This document shows positions 20,527 to 30,724 of a stretch of 64,000 nt of DNA, in pieces (position 1 is the stretch's first letter; every line of letters starts with the position of its first letter). This DNA comes from Latescibacteria bacterium UBA6620 (lineage in GTDB: Bacteria; Latescibacterota; UBA2968). Location: positions 2,804-66,803 of the forward strand of contig DJHM01000042.1 of NCBI GenBank assembly GCA_002433075.1, read 5' to 3'. The notes under the pieces are model-generated. The model searched no databases, was not told the origin of the DNA, and saw only the letters and a list, made by a program, of their open reading frames with translations. Position numbers and translations under genes: made by a program.

Positions 20527-21723
20527 GTGTCGGACACCCATCGCTATGCCTCACGCGTCCGATCGATGGCGCCCTCGGCGACCGTCGCCACGACGGCCCT
20601 CGCCGCAGACCTCGTACGACAGGGACGTGATGTCATCCCGATGAGTGCCGGGGAGCCCGACTTCGACACACCTGATCACATCAAGCAAGCCGGAATCCGG
20701 GCGATCCAGGACGGTCAGACCAAGTACACCGCCCCCGCCTCCGGTCTGATCGAACTCAAGGAAGCCATCGCCCGGAAACTCGATCGCGAGAACGGGCTCC
20801 ACTACGATCCGTCACAGATCGTGATCACGTGCGGCGCCAAGCAGGTTATTTTCGCCGCCATCGTTGCTCTCGTCGACCCGGGTGACGAAGTCCTCCTCCC
20901 CGCCCCCCTCTACGTCAGCTACGCAGATCAGGTGAAACTGATGGGGGGCGTGCCCGTCATCATCCCGACCGAACCGGACGCGTTCTGTCTCTCGCCCGAC
21001 CAGTTCCGATCGGCGCTCACCCCTAGATCGAAGCTCATCATCTTCAACAGTCCCTCCAACCCGACCGGCGGCATCTACAGTCGGGCGCAGTTTCAGGCGC
21101 TTGCCGAACTGATTGCCGAGGCGGGACTGTTCACGATCACCGATGAGATCTACGAACATTTCATCTACGGCGATGAAGAGCACGTCTCGCTTGCCGCCTT
21201 GCACCCCGGCGTAGCCGATCGATGCCTCACCGTAAACGGCTTCTCCAAGACCTTCGCCATGACGGGATGGCGAGTGGGCTACGGTGCTGGCCCGGAAGAA
21301 TGGATGAGCCATATCGCCAAGGTTCAGAGTCAGGAAACGACCAACACCTGCACCCTTTCCCAGCACGCCGCCATTGCCGCCCTCGAAGGTCCTCAGGACT
21401 CTGTAGGCACAATGAGGGCCGCGTTCAAGCTGCGACGAAATGCGATCGCCGACGGTCTAAATGAACTCGACAGAGTGACCTGCCCACGACCCAAAGGGGC
21501 GTTTTACGTTTTCCCGAACGTGTCCGGACTGTTCGGAAACACCATCGCCGACGACGTGGAGTTCTGTCGCTACCTGCTGGAGGCAGCTGGCGTGGCCGCC
21601 GTTCCCGGTACCGGATTCAGCGCTCCTGGTTACGTCAGATTCTCCTACACCCTTCCCGACGATCGGCTATCTGACGCGATCGACCGGATACAGACGGCTG
21701 TCACCGCCATTCAGGGATCGTAA
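20527..21723 (+). CDS. Aspartate/aromatic aminotransferase (class I, Thermus-type).
   Basis: [37 protein letters not shown]-terminus. The [13 protein letters not shown] motif carries the PLP lysine. Confidence 0.8.
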   Translation: MSDTHRYASRVRSMAPSATVATTALAADLVRQGRDVIPMSAGEPDFDTPDHIKQAGIRAIQDGQTKYTAPASGLIELKEAIARKLDRENGLHYDPSQIVITCGAKQVIFAAIVALVDPGDEVLLPAPLYVSYADQVKLMGGVPVIIPTEPDAFCLSPDQFRSALTPRSKLIIFNSPSNPTGGIYSRAQFQALAELIAEAGLFTITDEIYEHFIYGDEEHVSLAALHPGVADRCLTVNGFSKTFAMTGWRVGYGAGPEEWMSHIAKVQSQETTNTCTLSQHAAIAALEGPQDSVGTMRAAFKLRRNAIADGLNELDRVTCPRPKGAFYVFPNVSGLFGNTIADDVEFCRYLLEAAGVAAVPGTGFSAPGYVRFSYTLPDDRLSDAIDRIQTAVTAIQGS

Positions 21724-21725
21724 CG

Positions 21726-22688
21726 ATGCCAAACGGCAAACCTTATCTGGACTTCGAAAAGCCCCTCGAGGAGATCGAGCTGAAGATCGAGGAAATGACG
21801 GCCCACGCAGAATCGGAACACCTCGACATGTCCGCGGAGATCGCCGTCCTCAACCAGCGGCTCGAAAAGGTACGACAGGAGATATACACCGACCTGAGCG
21901 CTTGGCAGAAAGTGCAGATCGCCCGGCATCCGCAGCGACCCTACACGATGGACTATATCGACCTGATCGTCTCAGATTTCATAGAACTACACGGCGATAG
22001 ACTCTACAGGGACGATCCAGCCATTATTGCAGGGTTGGGTCGCATCGACGGGCGACCCGTCGTGGTGATCGGCCAACAAAAGGGGCGGAATACCAAAGAG
22101 AACCTGCATCGCAACTTCGGCATGGCCCATCCTGAGGGGTACCGAAAAGCCCTTCGACTCATGAAAATGGCGGAGAAATTCAGACGGCCTGTCGTTTGCC
22201 TCGTCGATACACCTGGCGCCTATCCCGGAATCGGATCCGAGGAGCGCAGTGTTGCCGAGGCCATCGCACGGAACTTGTTCGATATGGCGCAACTTCGCGT
22301 CCCCATCGTCATCGCCATCATCGGGGAGGGCGCCAGCGGGGGAGCGCTCGGCATCGGAGTCGGCGATACGATTCTGATGATGGAACACGCCTGGTATTCC
22401 GTCATCAATCCGGATTCCTGTTCCCTGATTCTCTGGAGAGACCGTGAGAAAAAGGAAGTCGCTGCCGAAAACATGAAGATCTCAGCCAGCGACCTCGTCG
22501 AGCTCGGCGTGGTCGACCGCATCGTCCCAGAACCCCTCGGGGGAGCCCACAAGGATCCCAACCTCGCCGCCACCAACCTCAAGCAGGCCATCGTCTCGGC
22601 CATCGAAGATCTGAACCGTCGGTCAATCGACGAACTCGTCCCCAGTCGGATCGACAAGTTCGCCCGCATGGGCAAATGGGAAGAGTGA
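21726..22688 (+). CDS. accA: Acetyl-CoA carboxylase carboxyltransferase alpha subunit.
   Basis: [16 protein letters not shown]...[12 protein letters not shown]...[17 protein letters not shown] are AccA signatures. Confidence 0.9.
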   Translation: MPNGKPYLDFEKPLEEIELKIEEMTAHAESEHLDMSAEIAVLNQRLEKVRQEIYTDLSAWQKVQIARHPQRPYTMDYIDLIVSDFIELHGDRLYRDDPAIIAGLGRIDGRPVVVIGQQKGRNTKENLHRNFGMAHPEGYRKALRLMKMAEKFRRPVVCLVDTPGAYPGIGSEERSVAEAIARNLFDMAQLRVPIVIAIIGEGASGGALGIGVGDTILMMEHAWYSVINPDSCSLILWRDREKKEVAAENMKISASDLVELGVVDRIVPEPLGGAHKDPNLAATNLKQAIVSAIEDLNRRSIDELVPSRIDKFARMGKWEE

Positions 22689-22947
22689 ACCGCGCCGAGC
22701 AAAACGTGAGCCACGCTCCGCCGATTTTGACAGCCGCTTGTCCCCCGTAGTCGTCCATCGTCAGTAAACTCTTGTCAAATATCACCCTTGCGATCCAAGG
22801 TATTTTGCCCGGTCGATCGGGGTGCGCCACACATCGATTTGTGCCTGAAATCGCACAACAAAAAAAGTGACGATAACGATGCTTTTGTGTTACAAGACCT
22901 TATCGCAAAACCCAGCCCTGAGGCCCCTAAAATGCGGAAATAAGTGC

Positions 22948-22976
22948 TTGACGCTCCCTGATCACCCGCTTATATT
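22948..22976 (+). promoter_or_regulatory. Near-consensus sigma70-type promoter (TTGACG, 17-nt spacer, TATATT).
   Basis: -35 ttgacg at 22948-22953, an exactly 17-nt spacer, and -10 tatatt at 22971-22976. It sits inside an AT-rich non-coding island. Confidence 0.5.
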
Positions 22977-22982
22977 CCTACG

Positions 22983-23042
22983 CAACTCGAAGATAGGAAG
23001 TGGCGTATCTCCTTAATATACAAGGAGATAATACGATTTTTT
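22983..23042 (+). ncRNA. Candidate small RNA of about 60 nt, running from a predicted start site to an intrinsic terminator.
   Basis: It lies downstream of the consensus promoter. The hairpin cgtat-ctcctt/aaggag-(at)-atacg (23004-23035) is immediately followed by attttttg. No conserved ORF is present. Confidence 0.3.
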
Positions 23043-23442
23043 GCACCCCAGACCAGCTCAGATGGGTCGGGTGGTATCCAGGAGGATTTTCAGACAAAAT
23101 GGCATTTTCATCCCCCAATAAATTGCGCCAAATTGTCACCCCCCCTGTTTCGGACCCAACCCCCTCTCAGCAGTCGAAGTTCTTCCTGACGTCCTCCCCC
23201 ACGTGGATGTCGTTTCATTTACGGAACCCGATCGATCCTGAAATAACCCGAGCGCCATGCTCGGACCCCTTTGGGCGGAGTTGAGGTAGTTCGCTTCGTG
23301 CGTGCGGTGGAGTCCTATCTCTGTTCGGACAGGACTTGGCGATATTGGGGGAGATAGCGCCAGGTTAACGTCCGTCTAAAACCAGAGTGCCCGATTCCTT
23401 AGATGCATCCCGCACATTTCGAAACGGGTTGCTTCCTCCGCC

Positions 23443-23493
23443 CTCTAAAACAGCGGCGGATGCGCTGAGTCACGCGCATCCGCCGTTTGTGTT
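23443..23493 (-). terminator. Intrinsic terminator for the minus-strand comEC locus. It may act bidirectionally.
   Basis: Perfect 11-bp stem ggcggatgcgc/gcgcatccgcc with loop tgagtcac. On the minus strand it is followed by gctgtttta. Confidence 0.5.
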
Positions 23494-23591
23494 CGTGCAA
23501 GGAAAGGCGTGATCCGGTAATTCCCGTCCCAGACGTCTATCCGGATTGCCCCCGCGAGGTCCGTTCGCTCCACGCGAATCTGCTGCGCTTC

Positions 23592-25830
23592 TTACCGCAG
23601 AACGACTTCCGGCGAGGGGTGCTTGAACTTGTTGTCGGTCCCGCACGAAATCAGGGCCACCTCAGGCCGAACCGCGCTCAGAAACTTGGCCGATGACGAA
23701 GTTCGGGACCCGTGGTGGGTCACCTTAAGGATTTCGGATTGCGCCCTGGCTACCCAGGCCGCGACGACAGAATCTGTTTCGTGTTCGGTGTCTCCCGTCA
23801 GCAGGATGCTCTGATTACCTCTCTGTAGACCCAATACCACAAATCCGTTGTTCCTACCAACCGGCGCCGGCCCCTCGAGGTTTACGAAGGAAGATGTCGG
23901 TAACAGGACCACACCCTCCCAAACCCGAAAGCGAGTCCCCTGCAGCCACCGCAACGTGTTCGACCCCCCGCTCTTCGATCACATCCCATATCCGCTGGGC
24001 CATCCAGGAATCGTACGGCTGCCCGGGATCGATGAAGGTCCCGACCTCCGTGTGTTCGAGGACCGTGATCAGCCCTCCGATATGATCGCTGTGTGGGTGG
24101 GAGGCCACCATAACATCCAGCCGACTCACCCCTGCCTGACGTAGAAACGGAAACACGACACGCTCGCCCGCGTCCTGCCAGTTTGTTCGTGGCCCACAGT
24201 CCACGAGCATCGTCTTTCCGTTCTGAAACCTCAGAAAGATCGCGTCGCCCTGTCCCACATCCAGAACGTGCATCTCCAGTCGGTCTTCACGCCCGAGAAT
24301 ACCGCCCCACGTCTGAGCATTCAGGGCGATCAGTCCCCCGCAGAGGGGAAGCCACCCATATCGGCGACGGACTTCATCGGAAATCAGCAAGCAGACATAG
24401 GCCATCGTCAGCCACGAACTCAATGCGGGGAGGTCAACGTTGCCCAGGTGGGAGAAGCAGCCAGCTTCGTCAGCCACAGCCCCGAGGACAAAAACACCCA
24501 ACTCGCTCCGTTCAGAACCGTGCCCAGCCCAGCCGAGAAGGTCCCACCAACCACGGCCATCAGACCGAGTCCGGTCGCAGCACCGAAAAGCGGCACCACA
24601 ACGAGGTTAGCCGCCAAGTCAACGATGGAAACCGCGCCGAATACGCTTCATAAGGATCGGCATCGTCCCGACCTGAGACGCGACCGACACGACGAGGGGA
24701 TCCAGGAGCACTCGACCGACCGTTCAGTCCTTCGTGGGAAAGACATTTCGTATCGGCTTGTAGAACAGCAGGATGACCCCCGTCGCACCGAACGAGAGTT
24801 GGAAACCCACGTCGAAAAGATGGCCCGGGCGCCAGGCAAGAAGTACGAAAGCCGCGAACCCCAGCCCGTTCAGTGCGTTACCCTCCCGATCGATCAGTCC
24901 ACCGCCAAGGACTGTCGTGGCCATGGTCGCCGCGCGTACCACCGATGCGAATCCACCCGTCACCACCGCATAGGCCCACACCAGACCGAGAGTCAGACAA
25001 CCCGTGAGTCGACGGCCACACCCGACCACCCGAAGTAGGAAAAAGGCGCCCGCCCCGATCAATCCCACGTGCAGCCCTCAGACCGCCAGTACGTGGGCGA
25101 CACCCGCTCGCGTGAACGCCGACCTGACCTCTTCGGCCAGGTCGCTGCGGTCCCCCAGCAACACCCCCTGCAACACGGCTGCGGGATCCTCACTCAGGTG
25201 CCGTCAGATACAGGCCCGAATGTGACGACGCATTGCTCCGATCGACCGTGCTGAATAGGCTCCGCCCTGGCTACTCTCGAGGACAGCGATCTGGCTGGGC
25301 CGCCGCACACCTGCGATGCGATCTATACCGCGAGGTCGGAGGTATCTGGCGTAATCGAACGCTCCAGCGTTCCGTGGAGGACTCGGGTTCTCGAGGGAGG
25401 TGTCAACCCGGACCCGATCTCCAGGGCGCAGGTCGGGAACGAAATCCCGGAACTGCACGAGGACCGTCCCTCTCGCGGGGATCCCGGCTGCAGATCGCAA
25501 GGCGGTGCCCACCCTCGAACCTTTCGGCCGGCGCTCCGGCGCCGTCTGTACGATGCCACTGAAGACGGTCACATCGCGATTCGTCACGTCCGGCGCAGGG
25601 TCCAGGGTGCTCTGGTGACCGCGCAGGATCCCGCAGAGAACGATGAGCACCGTCACGCACGTGGACCAGAGCCCACGCCGACCGTACCGAACCCCTGCGA
25701 CGACCAGGCACCAACACCCGGCCACCCAGCAGAACAGCGCGAACGGAGCGGGATCGATTCACTGGCCGATGAACACACCCGTTCCCAGAAACAGGGCGGC
25801 AGTCAAAGCGGGACACCTCATCGCACATAC
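23592..25830 (-). pseudogene. comEC: ComEC/Rec2 DNA-internalisation competence protein, disrupted by an in-frame stop and several frameshifts.
   Basis: The full ComEC protein is split across at least five ORF fragments. The N-terminal piece is interrupted by an in-frame TGA (MRCPALTAALFLGTGVFIGQ*IDPAPF...). Then come the DUF4131 region (25204..25725), the competence domain (24724..25068 and 24420..24617) and the MBL domain (23854..24501, HPHSDH; and 23592..23954). The fragments lie in different frames. Confidence 0.6.
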
Positions 25831-25964
25831 GGCCGTGCCAACATCGGGCCTCCAGAACAGGCCCTTCTCAAGCGACCGACCGGCCGGTTTCGTGGAAAGA
25901 ATCTTTCAATTGGAGAAGAGACTTAACCGTTTGTTTCACACATGGTTGTGTCTCCAATAAGTCG

Positions 25965-25993
25965 TTGACTGGCCCTCCGGGGCTTGGTATATT
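25965..25993 (+). promoter_or_regulatory. Near-consensus sigma70-type promoter (TTGACT, 17-nt spacer, TATATT) upstream of ecfT.
   Basis: ttgact at 25965-25970, a 17-nt spacer, and tatatt at 25988-25993. It lies about 26 nt before the ecfT ATG. Confidence 0.45.
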
Positions 25994-26018
25994 TTCTGGC
26001 CTTCCCCGCAGCTAATTC

Positions 26019-26864
26019 GTGGATTTATACTCACTTACAGACCCCACCGTCGCGAATAATCTGGTGAGTCTACCCCTTTCCAAAGCCATTACATTCGGCC
26101 GATTCGTGCCGGGGAATTCGCCCCTGCACCGCCTGGACCCACGAGCCAAGATCCTGACACTCAGCCTCTGGATCATCGCGCTCACTTTGACCGCTCGGAG
26201 CCCGATGCTGGTTGGCGCATTGCTCGTGTTTATCGTGGCCGCCAGGTTGGGCGAGCTCCCGATCAGGCTGCTGCTCGGCAACTTCAAGCCCTTGATGCCC
26301 GTGCTGCTTCTGACCCTCGCGTTCAACGCCTGGCTCATCGAAGGGCAGGCCATCGTCCTCGCCGGCAAGCCCACCGTCCTGACTATAGAAGGTCTGGAGC
26401 GAGGTCTCTTTCTCTGTCTAAGGCTCTCCGTGATCGTCGTGGGGACATCGCTCCTGACCCTGACAACCTCGCCCCTGTCTCTGGCCGACGGGCTTGAGGA
26501 GCTCCTTAAACCACTGGAGCGCCTGAAACTACCCGTCCACGAACTTGCCCTGACCGGAACGATCGCCCTGCGTTTCATTCCCTACCTGACAGATGAAGCA
26601 GGCAGGATCTACAACGCGCAACGGGCCAGAGGCGCAGACTTCAGCGGGTCTCTGATCAACCGTGCACGCAGGTTGGTTCCATTGCTCGTTCCGCTTTTCG
26701 TTGCCGCCTACGCCCGTGCAGACCGGCTGGCGGTTGCAATGGAAGCAAGGGGCTATGCAGGAGGCCGGGGACGAACCCGGTACCGTATGCTGAAGATGAG
26801 CGGTCTCGATCTCACCGTAACGATGGCCGGCCTGCTCGGCGGAACGCTCGTCTTACTCCAATGA
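26019..26864 (+). CDS. ecfT: Energy-coupling factor transporter transmembrane component (CbiQ family).
   Basis: FGRFVPGNSPLHRLDPRAKIL N-terminal signature, 5-6 transmembrane helices and the conserved ARG region (NAQRARGADF). Confidence 0.75.
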   Translation: MDLYSLTDPTVANNLVSLPLSKAITFGRFVPGNSPLHRLDPRAKILTLSLWIIALTLTARSPMLVGALLVFIVAARLGELPIRLLLGNFKPLMPVLLLTLAFNAWLIEGQAIVLAGKPTVLTIEGLERGLFLCLRLSVIVVGTSLLTLTTSPLSLADGLEELLKPLERLKLPVHELALTGTIALRFIPYLTDEAGRIYNAQRARGADFSGSLINRARRLVPLLVPLFVAAYARADRLAVAMEARGYAGGRGRTRYRMLKMSGLDLTVTMAGLLGGTLVLLQ

Positions 26865-27595
26865 CCGTGCACAACTTCCGACTCAGACTCGAATATGACG
26901 GGACAGAGTTCAGAGGGTGGCAGATCCAACCGGAAGGGCGAACGGTACAGGGTGTGCTCGAAGCCGCGATCGCACAGGTTACGGGCGAAACCGTACGGGT
27001 CCAGGCTGCCGGGCGTACGGACACGGGAGTTCACGCACTCGATCAGGTCGTCAACTTTGATTATGCCGGCGACCGTTCGCCGGAGGAGCTGTCACGCTCG
27101 CTCAACGGTGTCTTGCCTTCTGACGTTACCGTACGGGCTGCCGACATCGCACCTCCCGGGTTCCACGCCCGCTTCGACGCCAGGCTGCGAGCTTACGAGT
27201 ATCGGCTCTCTTCCCGACGGAGAGCCGTGGGTCGCCCCTACACCTGGTGGGTGCGCGCCGATCTCGACCTGGAGGAGATGAACCAGGCCGCCGGTGTTCT
27301 CCTTGGCCGGCACGACTTTACCTCGTTCTGTGTGTCCGCAGAAGAACGTGAATCCCGTGTATGTGAGGTCACACTCTGCAGGTGGCACGCCCCCGACGAT
27401 GACACGCTCGTGTTCGACATCGAAGCCAATCGGTTCGTACGGGCAATGGTCCGAAGCATCGTCGGCACACTCGTCGACGTAGGGCGTGGCAAGAACGAGC
27501 CTTCTATAGCATCGATCCTGGCAGCTCGGGATCGAAGCCAGGCGAGTCCGACCGCACCACCGACCGGTCTCTTTCTCAAGCGTGTGGACTATTGA
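26861..27595 (+). CDS. truA: tRNA pseudouridine(38-40) synthase.
   Basis: YDGTEFRGWQIQ...GRTDTGVHA catalytic Asp motif. 4-nt overlap with ecfT. Confidence 0.9.
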   Translation: MTVHNFRLRLEYDGTEFRGWQIQPEGRTVQGVLEAAIAQVTGETVRVQAAGRTDTGVHALDQVVNFDYAGDRSPEELSRSLNGVLPSDVTVRAADIAPPGFHARFDARLRAYEYRLSSRRRAVGRPYTWWVRADLDLEEMNQAAGVLLGRHDFTSFCVSAEERESRVCEVTLCRWHAPDDDTLVFDIEANRFVRAMVRSIVGTLVDVGRGKNEPSIASILAARDRSQASPTAPPTGLFLKRVDY

Positions 27596-28715
27596 GGCGA
27601 ACGTGCTGCGACGCTCCATCACCGTTATGATCCTCACCCTATCCGGGGCGGTCTGGCCTTCTGCCTCCCCAGCGCAGGTTTTCCTGCGGGATGAGATCGC
27701 CACCACGCGACGCAATGCGATCGTCCGGGCCGTCGAGAAAGCCTCCGGTGCTGTCGTCAGCATCAACACACACCGTTACAAGGAGTACCCGCGCTACCGC
27801 GACCCGTTCTGGGGCGATGCGTTCTTCGGCAGTCCGGCCATCATCCGGGAACGAATTCCGAGTGTGGGGTCGGGATTCATCATTCGTGAGGACGGATACA
27901 TCCTCACGAACAGCCACGTCGTCGAAAATGCTCTTGAGATATCCGTCACTTTTCCCGATGGGCGAAAATTCGAGGTGACGGACACGGCCAACAATGTTCT
28001 GATGGATCGTCAGCACGACCTGGCGATCGTTCGTGTCGATGCAGACGGGCTCGAAGTACCCCCACTGGGCAGTTCTGAAGAAGCCATTATCGGGGAGTGG
28101 GTCATCGCCATCGGGAACCCTTTCGGCTTGACGATCCGGGACCCCAAGCCTACCGTCACCGTGGGTGTTGTCAGCGCTGTGGACCGTAATTTTCGACCTG
28201 AAGAGGACGGCCGAATCTACCAGGGAATGATCCAGACCGACGCTTCGATCAATCCCGGGAACAGCGGCGGACCGCTCGTCAACAGCCTGGGCCAGGTCAT
28301 CGGCGTCAACACTTTCATCTTCTCGCAGACCGGGGGTTCGCTCGGGATCGGGTTCGCCATTCCTATCGAGCGGGCACTCGAGGTCGCCAACCGCCTGATC
28401 GAAGGCGGCAGTCCCGATTTCTGGACCGGCCTCGTCATTCACAACAACAACCGGAGGATTGCCCGAGCCATGCGTCTGGCCACGGCCTCCGGAGCCCTGA
28501 TCACGTCGGTCGAGGAAACCAGCCCCGCCCAGAAGGCGGGACTCATCCCCGGTGACGTCATTGTCATGGTCAACGAAGAACTCGTAGACAGTGCGGACAA
28601 GGTCGTGGAGATCTTTCGCGAGGGAAGGGTGGGTGCGGTCTACGGCCTGAGGGTATTGCGAGGTCGGGTCGTGTTCAACGCGAGGCTCGTGCTCGAGCGC
28701 GATCCGAACAGCTGA
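27582..28715 (+). CDS. HtrA/DegP-family periplasmic serine protease with one PDZ domain.
   Basis: Trypsin-like catalytic triad (TNSHVV, D, GNSGGPL) and a C-terminal PDZ domain. The true start may be the internal MILTLSGAVW signal peptide (about 27627). Confidence 0.8.
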   Translation: MWTIEANVLRRSITVMILTLSGAVWPSASPAQVFLRDEIATTRRNAIVRAVEKASGAVVSINTHRYKEYPRYRDPFWGDAFFGSPAIIRERIPSVGSGFIIREDGYILTNSHVVENALEISVTFPDGRKFEVTDTANNVLMDRQHDLAIVRVDADGLEVPPLGSSEEAIIGEWVIAIGNPFGLTIRDPKPTVTVGVVSAVDRNFRPEEDGRIYQGMIQTDASINPGNSGGPLVNSLGQVIGVNTFIFSQTGGSLGIGFAIPIERALEVANRLIEGGSPDFWTGLVIHNNNRRIARAMRLATASGALITSVEETSPAQKAGLIPGDVIVMVNEELVDSADKVVEIFREGRVGAVYGLRVLRGRVVFNARLVLERDPNS

Positions 28716-28716
28716 T

Positions 28717-29361
28717 ATGCGAATTGCCCGTGAAGCACGGCCATTTCTGCTCGTGACTGGATTACCCGCCCTGGTTGCCGTCTATTGGGCCGTCCAGACG
28801 GCAGGACTGGCGGCCAACCTGCTGACGATACTACTGCTTGTCTTGACGGGATTTATCGCTTTCTTTTTCAGGGATCCCGAAAGGGTCTCCCCGCCCGAAC
28901 CGAACGCGATTCTGGCCTCGGGGGACGGGCGGATCGTAGCCGTCGAGCCGATCGAAGACCCTTGGGTCGGTGACGCGGTCAAGGTCAGCGTTTTCCTGTC
29001 GATTTTTAACGTGCACGTCAACCGGATGCCGTGTGCGGGCAGAGTGGAGCGAGTAGAACACGTCCCCGGACAATTCAAGCTCGCCTTCGTGGACAAGGCC
29101 TCAGAAGACAACGAGCGCACCGAGATCGCCGTCGAAGGGGCGGCGGGACGAGTCATCGTCAAACAAATCGCGGGCTTGATCGCCCGGCGCATTGTTTGTC
29201 GTCTTGTGCCAGAGCAACGTGTCGAAGCCGGGGAACGTTTCGGGTTGATTCGTTTCGGATCCAGAATCGATCACATCCTGCCCGCATCAGCAGAAATTCG
29301 AGTCGCCATAAAAGATCGTGTTCTTGGCGGCGAAACTGTCATCGGAGTCCTTACAACATGA
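28717..29361 (+). CDS. psd: Phosphatidylserine decarboxylase proenzyme (short form).
   Basis: About 214 aa. FNVHVNRMP motif and an FGSR self-cleavage site. It precedes pssA. Confidence 0.75.
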   Translation: MRIAREARPFLLVTGLPALVAVYWAVQTAGLAANLLTILLLVLTGFIAFFFRDPERVSPPEPNAILASGDGRIVAVEPIEDPWVGDAVKVSVFLSIFNVHVNRMPCAGRVERVEHVPGQFKLAFVDKASEDNERTEIAVEGAAGRVIVKQIAGLIARRIVCRLVPEQRVEAGERFGLIRFGSRIDHILPASAEIRVAIKDRVLGGETVIGVLTT

Positions 29362-30098
29362 CCAAACGAGCGGCGGTTCCGAGTCTCTTCACGATCTGTA
29401 ACCTGTTCTGCGGATTTTTGTCGATCTACTACGCCTCCCGGGGACATCTGGTTCCCGCTTCCTGGCTCATCGTCATCGCGGGATTCCTCGATGCTTTCGA
29501 CGGGAAGATCGCCCGGCTCTTCGACGACGGATCCGACGACGGGCAGTTCGGTCTCCAGTTCGATTCCCTCGCCGACGTCTGCTCCTTCGGGTTTGCCCCT
29601 GCCGTCCTGATGCTCCACTACTTCGAACCCTTGCTGCACATCCGATGGCTCCCCTTCCTCGTGGCGTTCGTCTACCTTCTGTGCGGCGCGTTGCGTCTAG
29701 CTCGATTCAATGTGCATCACGACGTGGACGACGAGGACGCGGTGAAACCCGACTTCATCGGACTCCCGATCCCGGTCGCGGCAGCCACGCTGGCCAGCTA
29801 TATCATCTTCAGTCAGCTGGTCTGGGAAAGCACGCGGGAGCCTCACGTGGCGCTGTCACTCTGCGCTTTCGTCGCGTTCCTGATGATGAGTCCCTTCGAC
29901 TATCCATCGTTTCCGCGGTTTACGTTCGAAACGGCCCGCGACCGCTTTCGTCTGGCCCTGTCTTTCGGAGCACTCGTGATTGTCGTCGTGGCAACCGAGG
30001 AGGCATTCTTCCCCGTAGCCCTGACCTTCTGCCTGTCGGGCGCAATCAGATGGTTGGTCCACATCGTCACGGACCGCGAAGTCGCCGACATCCACTGA
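29357..30098 (+). CDS. pssA: CDP-diacylglycerol--serine O-phosphatidyltransferase.
   Basis: CDP-alcohol phosphatidyltransferase motif DG(x2)AR...G(x3)D(x3)D: DAFDGKIARLFDDGSDDGQFGLQFDSLAD. The start at MTKRAAV overlaps the psd stop. Confidence 0.8.
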
Positions 30099-30134
30099 CA
30101 TACCTATCAAGCCGGAGCGCATATCTTACAAGAC

Positions 30135-30416
30135 ATGGGTAGACGCAACGTTGGCTTCCTGATTGTCGCCATTTCCGTCGGAATCCTCGCCGGGAACATC
30201 GTTGGCGAAGTGCTCGGTGTTCTGTTCGAGAACCTGGGCCTGCAGAACAACGTCGTCCAGAAGGTGCTCGTCGATCCGCTTGTCCAGTATGAGTTTTATC
30301 CGATCCGGCTGAATCTGATCGTCATGACAATCACGTTGGGATTCTCACTGAACTTCAATGTGTTGAGCCTGCTCGGAATCGGAACCGCTTGGTACTACGT
30401 CAAGTATTCCTATTAG
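30135..30416 (+). CDS. Small two-helix membrane protein, hypothetical (DUF4321-like).
   Basis: 93 aa with two hydrophobic helices. GC content is slightly lower than that of its neighbours. Confidence 0.4.
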   Translation: MGRRNVGFLIVAISVGILAGNIVGEVLGVLFENLGLQNNVVQKVLVDPLVQYEFYPIRLNLIVMTITLGFSLNFNVLSLLGIGTAWYYVKYSY

Positions 30417-30478
30417 TTAAGTGGTGCGTCTCCCCGCAGGAGGCCGGCGGCATAGCCGCCCCTTGAAAGGAACGACCA

Positions 30479-30715
30479 ATGTTACAGGGCATCGGAACCT
30501 GGGAAATACTCCTCATCTTTCTGGTCGTGTTGCTGGTCTTCGGCGCCAAACGCATCCCGGAAATTGCCAGAGGTATGGGAAAAGGTATTACGGAGTTCAA
30601 GAGGGCCGTCCGGGATGTGAAAGACGAGATCGAAACCGGTACGGAAGCCCCCCCACCATCCAGCTCGGCATCCGCCGATCAGCCGGAGGCGGAGGAAAAG
30701 AAGGTGGAGTCCTGA
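30479..30715 (+). CDS. tatA: Twin-arginine translocase subunit TatA/E.
   Basis: ILLIFLVVLLVFGAKRIPEIARGMGKGITEFKRA is the TatA signature (TM helix followed by an amphipathic helix). Acidic C-terminus. Confidence 0.85.
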   Translation: MLQGIGTWEILLIFLVVLLVFGAKRIPEIARGMGKGITEFKRAVRDVKDEIETGTEAPPPSSSASADQPEAEEKKVES

Positions 30716-30724
30716 TTCAGGCTG

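Noticed and set aside
23290-23340. tRNA-like or tmRNA-like 3' end (..ggactccacc..) on the minus strand
   Set aside because: The putative T-arm has a 14-nt loop and no GTTCGAATC box. The matching 5' acceptor strand lies downstream, not upstream. No D-arm or anticodon arm could be built.
22690-23490. RNase P RNA, SRP RNA or tmRNA in the AT-rich island
   Set aside because: I looked for the conserved boxes (GGAAAGTCCGGGC, GGAAGGAAGCAGC, tmRNA acceptor and tag-reading frame) and none is present. The region is retained only as a candidate novel small RNA.
25204-25225. Possible selenocysteine at the comEC in-frame TGA
   Set aside because: The TGA lies inside a hydrophobic transmembrane segment with no Cys-homologous position. 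The gene also carries multiple frameshifts, so this is a nonsense lesion, not recoding.
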